In this document: positions 18,930 to 27,965 of the stretch, in pieces | How the letters are laid out: every line of letters starts with the position of its first letter | Numbering within the stretch: the stretch's first letter is position 1 | Source of the DNA: Bacteroidales bacterium | GTDB taxonomy: Bacteria > Bacteroidota > Bacteroidia > Bacteroidales > S143-33 | NCBI GenBank assembly: GCA_027015275.1 | Contig: JALWCU010000135.1 | Location: 1-42,302, forward strand | DNA: 42,302 nt | Direction: 5' to 3' | Program-made: the position numbers and the translations under genes | The notes under the pieces: model-generated | Seen by the model: only the letters and a program-made list of their open reading frames with translations | Told to the model about the DNA's origin: nothing | Databases searched by the model: none

Positions 18930-20129
18930 ATGAGAACAAAGCCGTGTTTTTTTATAAGTATTTTTTTGCTTGTAGCAGTTTTTTTCTGGTCGTGTAAAAA
19001 TAAACCCGTAGTAGATACGCAATATTCTGTGTATAAGCCAATTTTGATGAGTCGCAGTGATTTGGTGAATTCTGTGGCAATTGAGCCTTCGAGAAGCATG
19101 GATACTGTTTTTAAGGTGGGTTTTATTGGTGATTGGCTGCTTGTAGGCGAGACGTACTGGGGAATACATGTTTTGGATAATTCTGACCCGAGAGATGTCA
19201 AGGAGCTGGCGTTCATAAGTATTCCAGGAATCACTGATTTTATAGTCAAAGACAGTGTAATTTTTGCAAATAATGCTGTTGACCTGGTAGCGATAAAACT
19301 TGTTTCGCCGACGCAAATACAGGTTTTGGACAGGGAGCAGGAAGTTTTCGGTGAGTTGCAGCCGCCAGATGGGCGCAAGGTAAATCCGTTGTTTATGAAA
19401 GGCAAAAGACCGGACAAAACAGAGATAATTGCCTGGGTTAGAGACAAAAATATTGGTTTGAATAGTGACAGTACTTTTCTGGTTACAAACCTTCTTGCCA
19501 GTGACAGAGATCATGTCTTTGCACTTATTGGACAGAGTGCAATAACTTATCAGATAACTGGTGGCAAGCTAACTTTCAAAAGCCTTACAAAGGCAAATTA
19601 TGATAATAATTATCGGATGCTATATTTTGATGGCCATTTGATGTTTTTAGGAAATAATTCTTTGAGAGTATTCTCTGTGGGTATGGACAATTTAGTTTTT
19701 TTGAATGAGTATTCTGGGGTTAATCCTACTAATTATTTTGCCTTTACTGGACAGCCAGGTAATTATATTATGGCTGCCAGTTTTCATTATGCGCCAGTGT
19801 TTTGGAGTTCTATAAATCAGGTGGAGATTTATCATGTTGGCAGTTTTGATGGTCTGAATCTGGATACAGTGCTTAGGCTTACTTATCCGTTGGATGTGAG
19901 GTTTGACGATAGTCTTTTGTTGGTGTGTGATCAGGGGATTAAAGTTTTTAGGTATGATTCACTTTTCCGCCAAGTTTTTTATGAGCCTGCGGATGCTCAG
20001 GTACTTTTCCAGAAAGATAGTTTGTTAGTGAGTATTGGTGAGATAACTCTTTCGCAATATATTCTGCGTGGTGATAGCCTGTCTCTGGTGTGGCATAAGC
20101 CTATAGAATTTTCTTGGGTAAATAACTGA
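18930..20129 (+). CDS. LVIVD-repeat-like beta-propeller lipoprotein
   Basis: 399 aa. Signal peptide plus lipobox (VAVFFWSC). The segment GDWLLVGETYWGIHVLDNSDPRDVKELAFISIPGITDFIVKDSVIFANNAVDLVAIKL resembles LVIVD repeats as I remember them. Confidence 0.65.
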   Translation: MRTKPCFFISIFLLVAVFFWSCKNKPVVDTQYSVYKPILMSRSDLVNSVAIEPSRSMDTVFKVGFIGDWLLVGETYWGIHVLDNSDPRDVKELAFISIPGITDFIVKDSVIFANNAVDLVAIKLVSPTQIQVLDREQEVFGELQPPDGRKVNPLFMKGKRPDKTEIIAWVRDKNIGLNSDSTFLVTNLLASDRDHVFALIGQSAITYQITGGKLTFKSLTKANYDNNYRMLYFDGHLMFLGNNSLRVFSVGMDNLVFLNEYSGVNPTNYFAFTGQPGNYIMAASFHYAPVFWSSINQVEIYHVGSFDGLNLDTVLRLTYPLDVRFDDSLLLVCDQGIKVFRYDSLFRQVFYEPADAQVLFQKDSLLVSIGEITLSQYILRGDSLSLVWHKPIEFSWVNN

Positions 20130-21584
20130 TTACCAGGATATTTGTGCCTTAGGATGGTGAGTTAAGAAAGTTTTTATCTCGTTTCGTGGAATAAAATTTC
20201 CTCTCAGTTTTAGCTGCTGTAATTTGTTGAGATTGTTCAGGTTAGGAAGATGTGTGAAAGAATTGTTGCGAATGTCCAGAGACCGGAGATTTTTCATCAG
20301 ACTCATGTCAGGCAATGAAGATAGGGAATTGTCGCTTATATCGAGTGTTTCGAGATTCTCGAGTGCTGTGATAACTTGTGGGAGCTGATCGAAAAAATTG
20401 TGTGATAGCCTGAGGGTTTTCAGCTCTGAGAGTTTGTAAAGGCAAATAGGAAGAGATGTGAGCTGATTGTGGCTCAGATTAAGTTTTTCCAGAGTTGTGA
20501 GATTACAGAAGCTCAGAGGCAGGTTAGATATGTAATTGAAAGAAAGATTTAGCTCTGAGAGTGAGATAAATCGACCGATTTTGTCAGGTAATTTTTTTAT
20601 TTGGTTACGTGATAGGTCGATTGTATTGAGCATAATCAATTGCAGAAGTGCTTGTGGAAACTGCTGGTAGGAATTCCCAGCTAGGTCTATTTCTGCAAGG
20701 CTCAGTATGTTTCCTATTGATTTGGGCAGAGTGGAGAGGGCATTATCAGATAGGTCTAAAATTTTTAGCAGTCGCATGTCTTCAATATTCCTTGGCACGG
20801 ATGATATTAAATTCATTGATAGATTCAGGTATAACAAATGGCTGAGTTTTGCGATAGGTTCAGGGAAGAGAGTGAATTTATTGTTAGAAAGATTGAGAAT
20901 GATCAAGGATTTGAGATTGCCGAAGCTCTCTGGCAAAGACTGTAAATTGTTTTCTGATAGGTCTAAGATTCGTAGGTTTTCGAGTTGGCCAAAACTTGTG
21001 GGTAATGAAGTTAGCTGATTTCCCCATATAGATAAGTTATTGAGCTTGTGTAAGTTATTAATATTTTCGGGCAGTGATGTTATATTATTGCCGCCGAGCA
21101 AAAGGTTTTCCAGATGTGGAAGATTGAACATCTGCTCAGGAAGCTTGGAAATTAGATTTGTTTCCAGGTTGATGAGTTTCAGGAATTTAAGCTGACTAAT
21201 TTTGGGAGATATTTGGGAAATTAAGTTATCGTTGAGGCTCAAATATTCGAGATGAGGTAGCCTGGCTATTGCGTCTGGTATTTCCTTAATCTGGTTACTC
21301 GAGAGAACTAACATTTGTAGATTGTAGAGTTCAAAGACCTGCTCAGGTATCTGTGTGAGGTTCTGGTTAGACAGATTGAGCCGAAAGACTTTTTTAGGCT
21401 CTTTGAGAGCTTGCTTGAGGCTGGTATATTCCTTTGCAGATGGAAGATACTCTTCCCTGAGCAAGCCGTTTTCGTCTTTGTATTTGGATAGTAGATTCCC
21501 TCTACGGTCGAAGAGGAAGTCTTGAGCGCTTATTGTACTGACTGCGATGAGAGAAAAAAGTATTAGCCAGGCTATTCTTTTCAT
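20130..21584 (-). CDS. Secreted leucine-rich repeat (LRR) protein
   Basis: 484 aa. Signal peptide MKRIAWLILFSLIAVSTISAQ. 17-18 tandem 23-residue LxxLxxLxLSxNxLxxLPxxI repeats. Its start is 3 nt downstream of the OmpA-like gene stop. Confidence 0.9.
   Translation of the reverse strand: MKRIAWLILFSLIAVSTISAQDFLFDRRGNLLSKYKDENGLLREEYLPSAKEYTSLKQALKEPKKVFRLNLSNQNLTQIPEQVFELYNLQMLVLSSNQIKEIPDAIARLPHLEYLSLNDNLISQISPKISQLKFLKLINLETNLISKLPEQMFNLPHLENLLLGGNNITSLPENINNLHKLNNLSIWGNQLTSLPTSFGQLENLRILDLSENNLQSLPESFGNLKSLIILNLSNNKFTLFPEPIAKLSHLLYLNLSMNLISSVPRNIEDMRLLKILDLSDNALSTLPKSIGNILSLAEIDLAGNSYQQFPQALLQLIMLNTIDLSRNQIKKLPDKIGRFISLSELNLSFNYISNLPLSFCNLTTLEKLNLSHNQLTSLPICLYKLSELKTLRLSHNFFDQLPQVITALENLETLDISDNSLSSLPDMSLMKNLRSLDIRNNSFTHLPNLNNLNKLQQLKLRGNFIPRNEIKTFLTHHPKAQISW
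20175..21383 (-). repeat. Tandem 69-nt (23-codon) LRR-coding repeat array within the LRR gene
   Basis: I counted 18 consecutive units by eye, from LNLSNQNLTQIPEQVFELYN to LQQLKLRGNFIP. They are divergent at the DNA level. Confidence 0.8.
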
Positions 21585-21587
21585 TGT

Positions 21588-22367
21588 TTATTGGTTAATA
21601 ATTTTATAAAGCTCAGACAGATCAGGCGTAATGATGATTTCTGTCCTGCGATTGAGCATACGTCCTCTTTCTGTGAGATTTGGTGCGACAGGGTCATATT
21701 GTGCTTTGCCAGCCACTTCAATATTTTCTGGATTTATGCCATATTTGTTAATCAAAATTCGTGCAACAGATATTGAGCGGGCAGCACTCAGATCCCAGTT
21801 ATCTTTCCAGCAACGGCTTTTCTTGACAGGTACGTTGTCTGTGTGTCCTTCTATCATTATTTGCAAGTTTGGATTTTTTTTCAAGACTTTTGCAAGTTTG
21901 CCCAGAGCTCTTATACCCTGTGATTGTACTTTGTCGCTGCCAGAAGGGAAGAGCAGCTTGTCGCGCATTGTAACGTAGAGTTTTCCGTTTTTGATCTCTA
22001 TTTTCAGCTGGGATTCGTCATAGTCTGCGAGCATTTCTTTGACGGTCATTTGTACAGAGCGCAGAATAGAATCTTGTTTTTGTAGGACTTTCTGTAATTT
22101 AATGAGTTGCTGTTGTTTCTGTGCTATTAGCTTTGTGCCTTGCAAGGCTGATCTGAGAGCCAGATTGTATTTACTCTCGAGGACAGAATATTGGTTTTTT
22201 AGGTCAGTATAAAGCTTTTTGCAGCTTTCCAGGCTGTCTCGATAGCTTTTTATCTTCAGGTAAGCATGACGGCTGTTGAAAAACAAACCTGTGCTCAGCA
22301 GAGCAAAGATAATTAGAAACAGAGCTAAAAATTTGAGCCAGATATTTTCTGCGGACTTTTTCATCAT
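21588..22367 (-). CDS. OmpA/MotB-family peptidoglycan-binding protein with N-terminal TM anchor and coiled coil
   Basis: 259 aa. TM LKFLALFLIIFALLSTGLFF, ~90-aa heptad region. OmpA_C-like blocks IEGHTDNVP, WDLSAARSISVARIL, NRRTEIII. Confidence 0.88.
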   Translation of the reverse strand: MMKKSAENIWLKFLALFLIIFALLSTGLFFNSRHAYLKIKSYRDSLESCKKLYTDLKNQYSVLESKYNLALRSALQGTKLIAQKQQQLIKLQKVLQKQDSILRSVQMTVKEMLADYDESQLKIEIKNGKLYVTMRDKLLFPSGSDKVQSQGIRALGKLAKVLKKNPNLQIMIEGHTDNVPVKKSRCWKDNWDLSAARSISVARILINKYGINPENIEVAGKAQYDPVAPNLTERGRMLNRRTEIIITPDLSELYKIINQ

Positions 22368-22389
22368 TCAAAAAGTTTAATATTTTTTA

Positions 22390-22397
22390 CAAAAGTA
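22390..22397 (-). promoter_or_regulatory. Candidate -7 promoter box (TACTTTTG) for the ompA-like/LRR operon
   Basis: Minus strand reads TACTTTTG, 23 nt upstream of the ATG at 22367 and downstream of the yajC terminator. Confidence 0.4.
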
Positions 22398-22420
22398 ATA
22401 AAAAACTTTTAGGAGCTAAA

Positions 22421-22464
22421 AATAAAAAAGTCGCTACTGACTTTACTATAAAGTCAATAGCGAC
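22421..22464 (-). terminator. Intrinsic terminator of the nusB-DUF1573-yajC operon
   Basis: 15-bp stem 22430-22444 / 22450-22464 (minus strand gtcgctattgacttt / aaagtcagtagcgac). Its one non-Watson-Crick pair is G-U only on the minus strand. It is followed on that strand by UUUUUUAUUUUU. Confidence 0.8.
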
Positions 22465-22491
22465 TAGCTTAGTGCAGTGGACTTTGATAGT

Positions 22492-22812
22492 TTAACGCTG
22501 CTCCAGATCGCTAGTGTCGCGAAGAATAGCACTCTTGTCAAATTTCATTTTGACGTTATTTGCAACCTCGAGAATAACGGCGTTGTCCTTTATCTGGGCA
22601 ACTTTCCCGTGAATACCGCCAATAGTAATGACTCTGTCGCCTTCCTTGAGTGAGTCACGGAATTTTTGCAGCTCTTTTTGTTTCTTAGACTGCGGACGAA
22701 TCATGAATAGCCACATTATCAGAAACAAAAGGCCTAAGAATATAATCATTGTCCAGGGATTACCTTGTTGTGCTGCTGCTGGTGCTTGTTGTAGAAAAAC
22801 AAAATTTGTCAT
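22492..22812 (-). CDS. yajC: Preprotein translocase subunit YajC
   Basis: 106 aa. Single TM, then MIRPQSKKQKELQKFRDSLKEGDRVITIGGIHGKV. Confidence 0.9.
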   Translation of the reverse strand: MTNFVFLQQAPAAAQQGNPWTMIIFLGLLFLIMWLFMIRPQSKKQKELQKFRDSLKEGDRVITIGGIHGKVAQIKDNAVILEVANNVKMKFDKSAILRDTSDLEQR

Positions 22813-22832
22813 AGTTTATAAGTTTTTGTGTT

Positions 22833-23252
22833 TTAATAATTTGTATTTATATTACCTTCAATAGTTAGTGTGATTACGCTGTCTTTTGTGTTTGTGAAAA
22901 CTTTTGCTGTTTTTATCTGATAACCAGAATATCCGTCTGAGTTGAATATTAATTTTATCTCAGCTGTATCACCAGGGTTTATTGGCTTACGTGGGAACTG
23001 ACTTACGGTACATCCACAGCTGGGCTGTACATCATAAATTATTAATGGTGCATCACCAGTATTTTTAACCTCAAAAGGAATCATTATTTCTACGCCCTCG
23101 TCTATTGTCCCAAAATTAACATCCATTTGTGGAATTTCAATCTTAGGACTGCCGATAAAATACCCTTTATCCTGTTTCTTTATTTTGTTATTGTTTGAGT
23201 TACAAGATATTGAAAAAAATATTATGAACAAATATACAAAATACTTTTTCAT
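22833..23252 (-). CDS. DUF1573 domain protein
   Basis: 139 aa. Signal peptide with Cys, FGTIDEG...FEVKNTGDAPLIIYDVQPSCGCTV block. Its ATG overlaps the nusB stop (TAATG). Confidence 0.8.
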   Translation of the reverse strand: MKKYFVYLFIIFFSISCNSNNNKIKKQDKGYFIGSPKIEIPQMDVNFGTIDEGVEIMIPFEVKNTGDAPLIIYDVQPSCGCTVSQFPRKPINPGDTAEIKLIFNSDGYSGYQIKTAKVFTNTKDSVITLTIEGNINTNY

Positions 23253-24199
23253 TACATAAGTCCTTTACCGGTTTTAGTAATAAGGTTTTCTTGTTCAAAT
23301 TTCTTTACGATTTTGTCAAGAATGCCATTGATAAATGCCGGACTCTTCTGTGTACTGTAGAATCTGGCAATGTCAATATATTCGTCCAGTGTAACCTTCA
23401 CTGGTATTTGTTCAAAGTAAAGAATTTCGTGAATAGCTTGCAAGAGAATTATGACATCAATTTTTGCCAGACGGCTCATATCCCAGTTTTCTATATGATC
23501 TTCAAGTATTTGTAAGTATTGTGCCTGGCGAATTAGAGTCTTGTTCAGTAGCTCTTTAGCAAAGTTAATATCCTCTGGATTGCGAAATCTTACAAACAGC
23601 TTTTTGCGTAAATCATCACCAATGCTATAACGCTCAATCAAGTGAAAAACAACTATCAGAGCATAATCTACACTATCCCCCCAAAAAATACTTTTCTCTT
23701 CGAGGTTGTCGTATAAATCATCGTTGTCGAAAAGAATTTTCTCTATTATAAAGAGAATCATTTTTTTATCTTCGCTGTAGCTTCTCTCATTGCCAGCCAT
23801 GAATTCCTTGTAAAATTCATTTTCTTTAATCTGTTCAAAGATTTTTTTTATCAATTCCCTGTCAGCCTCGTCGTTCCATTTATGAGAAATACGACGTAGA
23901 TTCTCTTGATAATCAGTGTTTTCTCTTAGTTGAGTGATTATTTGATTATCAATGAATTTAGTATTAGGTTGTAGGTCTTCTTCACTTGGTAGGAGTTTGT
24001 TTTTTGCTTGCTCTAGTTTCCAGCGTGCGAAATCAAAAATTTCAACGACAAAAGAAGTTAAGTAGTAAAACAAGTCATACAAGCGGTCTATGCTTTCCAT
24101 GAGCTGACCTTCTGCATGCTGTGTAGATTTGATTCCATCAAGCTTGTATGAATAAATAGTTTGCAGAACCTTAATGCGGATAAGTCGTCGGCTTATCAT
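23252..24199 (-). CDS. nusB: Transcription antitermination factor NusB (long Bacteroidota form)
   Basis: 315 aa. N-terminal RRLIRIKVLQTIY and C-terminal AKIDVIILLQAIHEILYF...VTLDEYIDIARFYSTQKSPAFINGILDKI. The nusB-DUF1573-yajC order is typical of Bacteroidota. Confidence 0.85.
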   Translation of the reverse strand: MISRRLIRIKVLQTIYSYKLDGIKSTQHAEGQLMESIDRLYDLFYYLTSFVVEIFDFARWKLEQAKNKLLPSEEDLQPNTKFIDNQIITQLRENTDYQENLRRISHKWNDEADRELIKKIFEQIKENEFYKEFMAGNERSYSEDKKMILFIIEKILFDNDDLYDNLEEKSIFWGDSVDYALIVVFHLIERYSIGDDLRKKLFVRFRNPEDINFAKELLNKTLIRQAQYLQILEDHIENWDMSRLAKIDVIILLQAIHEILYFEQIPVKVTLDEYIDIARFYSTQKSPAFINGILDKIVKKFEQENLITKTGKGLM

Positions 24200-24233
24200 T
24201 GTCTATTATGTGATTAAATTAATGTTTCGCGTG

Positions 24234-24241
24234 CAAAGCTA
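24234..24241 (-). promoter_or_regulatory. Candidate -7 promoter box (TAGCTTTG, followed by CA) for the nusB operon
   Basis: Minus strand reads TAGCTTTGCA, 35 nt upstream of the ATG at 24199. Confidence 0.45.
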
Positions 24242-24421
24242 AGAGATAAAAATATTTTTGTGAAATCTTTAAGCTAATTTATGTTTTCTGTCAATGTCTT
24301 TGTTTGTTTCATTGCAAAGGCTATTTAATCTCGATTTTACTCTGAGGATAGCATAACTTTCTGAAGATAATTTTTTTGTAAACGTTTGTCATGAGTTGGT
24401 CTTTTATTCTCTACATTTTTA

Positions 24422-24453
24422 TAAATTTGGGACCTGGTAAATACATAAATTTG
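24422..24453 (+). promoter_or_regulatory. Two TAAATTTG boxes upstream of pgi; the distal one is the more plausible -7 element
   Basis: TAAATTTG occurs at 24422-24429 (32 nt before the ATG at 24461) and again at 24446-24453 (8 nt before the ATG). Confidence 0.35.
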
Positions 24454-24460
24454 TGATATT

Positions 24461-25741
24461 ATGGAAATGATTAAGTTAAATCAGGATTTTGTTAAGGACT
24501 CGTTGAATGTGCATGAGTTGGAAAGTCTTATGGATTCGGCCAGTGAGATGAATCAGATGCTCGAGAAAAAGACTGGTAAGGGTGCAGATTTCCTTGGTTG
24601 GGTAGATCAGCCTACTAGAATGGAAGAGAAGGAATTAACTCAAATTCAAGATATTGCCGATAGGCTCAGACAAAAATCGGATGTTTTAGTGGTAATAGGT
24701 ATAGGTGGCTCTTATCTCGGGTCAAAGGCGACGATCGAGGCACTCTCTCCTTTCTTTGCACATAAGAAAGTTATTTATGCTGGAATAAACTTGAATGAAA
24801 AGTATTTAGTACAGCTGCTTAATTATCTGAAAAACAAGGAGTTTGCTTTGTGTATGATTTCCAAATCTGGGACCACACTTGAACCGGCTGTAGCATTTCG
24901 CCAGCTCAGGGAACTGGCATATAGGAAGTATGGTGATAGGGCAAAAGAACGAATACTAGCAATAACCAATCCCCGAAAAGGCAATTTATTGGAGCTTTCC
25001 AAAAAGGAAGGTTATCATTTGCTCTCTATACCTGATGATATTGGAGGGCGTTATTCTATTTTTTCGCCAGCAGGATTGTTGCCAATCGCTTATGCTGGCA
25101 TTGACATCAGACAGTTAATGGATGGTGCGCGCGTTATGCAGATACATACAAGCTCACAGAACAAAGGAAATTTGTCAGAACAATATGCAGCTTTGCGAAA
25201 CGCTTTGTACAGGCAGAATTTTGCTGTGGAGATACTCACTACTTATTCTGCACAGCTGGAATATGTTCAGCGATGGTGGCAGCAATTATTTGGTGAGAGT
25301 GAAGGTAAAGAAAACAAAGGTATTTTCCCTGCTGTAGCGCAGTTTACCACGGATTTACATTCTTTGGGTCAGTACATACAGCAAGGAAAGCGTAATTTGT
25401 TTGAGACAGTAATATTTGACACATACCAGCCAGGGGAGGTAACTGTGCAGAAAGAAGCTGAAGATTTCGACGGACTTAATTACTTGGCAGGCAAGTCTTT
25501 GGCAGAAATAAATCATAAAGCATTTGAAGGTACTCTCAAGGCTCATGTGAGTGGAGGAGTGCCGAATATTGTGATAGAGCTTCCCAAGATTAATGAGTTT
25601 ATTCTAGGGCAATTGTTTTATTTTTTCATGCGTTCTTGTGGTATTAGTGGATATTTGCTTGGTGTTAATCCATTTGACCAGCCTGGTGTGGAGTTTTATA
25701 AGCAGAACATGTTTAAGCTTTTGGGAAGGCCTGGCTATTAG
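24461..25741 (+). CDS. pgi: Glucose-6-phosphate isomerase (short form)
   Basis: 426 aa. Blocks GIGGSYLG, ISKSGTTLEP, DDIGGRYS, GESEGK. Confidence 0.92.
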   Translation: MEMIKLNQDFVKDSLNVHELESLMDSASEMNQMLEKKTGKGADFLGWVDQPTRMEEKELTQIQDIADRLRQKSDVLVVIGIGGSYLGSKATIEALSPFFAHKKVIYAGINLNEKYLVQLLNYLKNKEFALCMISKSGTTLEPAVAFRQLRELAYRKYGDRAKERILAITNPRKGNLLELSKKEGYHLLSIPDDIGGRYSIFSPAGLLPIAYAGIDIRQLMDGARVMQIHTSSQNKGNLSEQYAALRNALYRQNFAVEILTTYSAQLEYVQRWWQQLFGESEGKENKGIFPAVAQFTTDLHSLGQYIQQGKRNLFETVIFDTYQPGEVTVQKEAEDFDGLNYLAGKSLAEINHKAFEGTLKAHVSGGVPNIVIELPKINEFILGQLFYFFMRSCGISGYLLGVNPFDQPGVEFYKQNMFKLLGRPGY

Positions 25742-25877
25742 TTCGTTGCATTAATTATGTCTTTGTAATAATAAGTTGGGTTAATATCCTGAGATGTTGA
25801 TATTTGCAAAAAATTGTTTTGAATTGAATGATTTTTGATTAACTTTATAAAACAATTTAGAAACTAAATTTTTAGTG

Positions 25878-27923
25878 ATGAAGCGGAATGTTAAGATGAG
25901 TATGGGGCAGAAAGCCTCTATTATATATGCTTTTATAACACTCGTCATTATAGGTTTTCTCATTTATACTTATTTGAATGTTAATGGACTTCGTTCAAGT
26001 AATGAATATTTGTACAATAATTACATGCGTGCCATTGAAGATGTTTCGAACTTGAGATATATTGTCAAGACTTCGGAGGCATATATAACACGGTGGCTTC
26101 TTGTAGATCAGGATACTTCAGCACAAGACTATCATGCTTATTTTAAGCTTGTCAACAAAGATTACTATAATCTCAAGGGTCAGATCTGGCCTATTGTTGA
26201 TTTTTGGCCCAAGGACTTGCAAAATATTTATTATCAGACTATTGATAAGGTAGATACTTTAGTAACAAGACAGAAAATTTTACTAGGGCAGTTCGATGAC
26301 TTGCAATCCTTTACGAATACGAAGAGTTATTTATCAGCACTTGAGGCTCTTAGGGAAGGAGGTAGGCTCAGCGGTCTTGAGCATGACATACTTTACTCTA
26401 TTGATGAGCTAAGTAGTAGTTTAAATGATTTGCTTAAGGGTTATGTTGCTAAAAATAATAAAATGGCTAGGGCTTATAGGCGGTTTCTTATTTTTGGTGT
26501 GTTTTTATTCTTGATCCTAATCTCGATAGCAGTATTCATGTTTATTAATAACATTTTGGCTAATGTCAGCAAAATTAATAATATATCTTTACAATTATCA
26601 AGAGGTGAGCTGGTAAATATCCCATGGAGTGCGAGAAGTGATGAGCTGGGAATATTTTATGAAAATCTCAGGTCAATAAATGAATATCTCAGGCGAGCAA
26701 GTGAGTTCGCATCGCATCTTTCGAAAAATGATTTTAGCTTTGAGTTTGAGCCAGCTAGCCCCAATGATGCGTTGGGTAATGCTATGCTTAGCCTGCGGGA
26801 CAATCTGATAAATGCCCAGAAAGAAGCTGAGCTCAGGCGTATAGAGAACCAGCAGCGCCAGTGGTCTTCGCAGGGTATAGCCGAATTTGCAGAAATCCTT
26901 CGTGAACATTCTAATGACCTTAATGAACTGGCTAGCTCTGTTATTGCAAAGTTGGTCAATTATACTGTGGCTAATGTTGGCGGTATTTATGTGATTGATG
27001 ACGAAGACCCGGATAATGTGATGATAGAGCTGAAGGCTTTTTATGCTTTTGATAGGCACAAGTTTGTAGAACGTAAATTTCCCCCTGGAGAGACGCTTAT
27101 AGGTCAGTGTTATCTGGAAGGTAAGACTATTTACATGAACGATGTTCCCAAGGATTATATGAAGATTGTCTCTGGTCTGGGGTCTGATGCGCCACGCAGT
27201 ATCCTTATAGTCCCATTGATTGTTAATGAGAAGGTTATGGGTATTGTGGAGCTTGCTTCTTTTCAGGAGTTTGAGCCTTATCAGAGAGAATTTGTTGAGA
27301 AGATAGGTGAATCTATCGCTGCTTCTATTTCTACTGTTAAAATTAATATTCGAACGCAGAAACTCTTGGAAGAGATGGCTCAAAAGTCCCAGGAATTGGC
27401 GGAAAAGGAAGCAAAATCTCGCCAGGATTTAGCAGAAAAAGAACATCGAATCAAGGAGCTGGAAAAGAACCTGGAGCAGGAGAGAAAAAAATTAGACCAG
27501 ATACTTAAGCAGAGAAATCAGCTGGAGTATGACCTTAAGCAGGTGAAAATCCAGTGTGAGCAAGACATCAGAGCCAGAGAAGTAGAGCTTGGAAACCTTC
27601 TTCTGTCCATAAATAATACAATAGGTTATTTTGTCCTGAGCTATAGTGGTGATTTTATCGATGCCAATACTTTATATCTTTCTTTTATTAAAGCTACAAA
27701 AGATGATATTGTTGGAACCAAGCATCAAAAATTCATTGGCATTGACTTTGTCAACTCTGGCAATTACAAGAAGATATGGGATGAGCTGAAACTGGGCAAG
27801 ACTGTTAAAACTTCTGTCCAATATACCCTGGAAGGCAAGAGCCGTTATGTCAACGAAGTTTATACGCCTATTCTAAACTCACAGGGTTCTTTGGATAAGG
27901 TTATTGTCTTTAGCTTTGTGTAA
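25878..27923 (+). CDS. Transmembrane sensor: helical ectodomain - HAMP - GAF - coiled coil - PAS, with no recognisable output domain
   Basis: The ORF-track start 25875 is GTG; the first ATG is 25878. TM1 ASIIYAFITLVIIGFLIYTYL, ~170-aa helical ectodomain, TM2 FLIFGVFLFLILISIAVFMFI. HAMP-like linker (SRGELVNIPWSARSDELGIFYENLRSINEYL). GAF-like domain (ANVGGIYVIDDED...ILIVPLIVNEKVMGIVELASF). ~80-aa heptad region. PAS-like C-terminus (GYFVLSYSGDFIDANTLYL...YVNEVYTPILNSQGSLDKVIVFSF). Confidence 0.8.
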   Translation: MKRNVKMSMGQKASIIYAFITLVIIGFLIYTYLNVNGLRSSNEYLYNNYMRAIEDVSNLRYIVKTSEAYITRWLLVDQDTSAQDYHAYFKLVNKDYYNLKGQIWPIVDFWPKDLQNIYYQTIDKVDTLVTRQKILLGQFDDLQSFTNTKSYLSALEALREGGRLSGLEHDILYSIDELSSSLNDLLKGYVAKNNKMARAYRRFLIFGVFLFLILISIAVFMFINNILANVSKINNISLQLSRGELVNIPWSARSDELGIFYENLRSINEYLRRASEFASHLSKNDFSFEFEPASPNDALGNAMLSLRDNLINAQKEAELRRIENQQRQWSSQGIAEFAEILREHSNDLNELASSVIAKLVNYTVANVGGIYVIDDEDPDNVMIELKAFYAFDRHKFVERKFPPGETLIGQCYLEGKTIYMNDVPKDYMKIVSGLGSDAPRSILIVPLIVNEKVMGIVELASFQEFEPYQREFVEKIGESIAASISTVKINIRTQKLLEEMAQKSQELAEKEAKSRQDLAEKEHRIKELEKNLEQERKKLDQILKQRNQLEYDLKQVKIQCEQDIRAREVELGNLLLSINNTIGYFVLSYSGDFIDANTLYLSFIKATKDDIVGTKHQKFIGIDFVNSGNYKKIWDELKLGKTVKTSVQYTLEGKSRYVNEVYTPILNSQGSLDKVIVFSFV

Positions 27924-27965
27924 TGGCTTAGTAGTCTGATAGCCGAAGGTGAGAAAAATATTGTC

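Noticed and set aside
18896-19514. Two overlapping minus-strand ORFs (183 and 196 aa) opposite the LVIVD-like gene.
   Set aside because: They overlap each other and the plus-strand ORF, which has a signal peptide, a lipobox and repeat motifs. The minus-strand ORFs have no motifs and no promoter box in the right place.
26673-27383. A 236-aa minus-strand ORF inside the sensor gene.
   Set aside because: It is embedded antisense to a CDS with clear HAMP/GAF features. It has no recognisable domain or signal.
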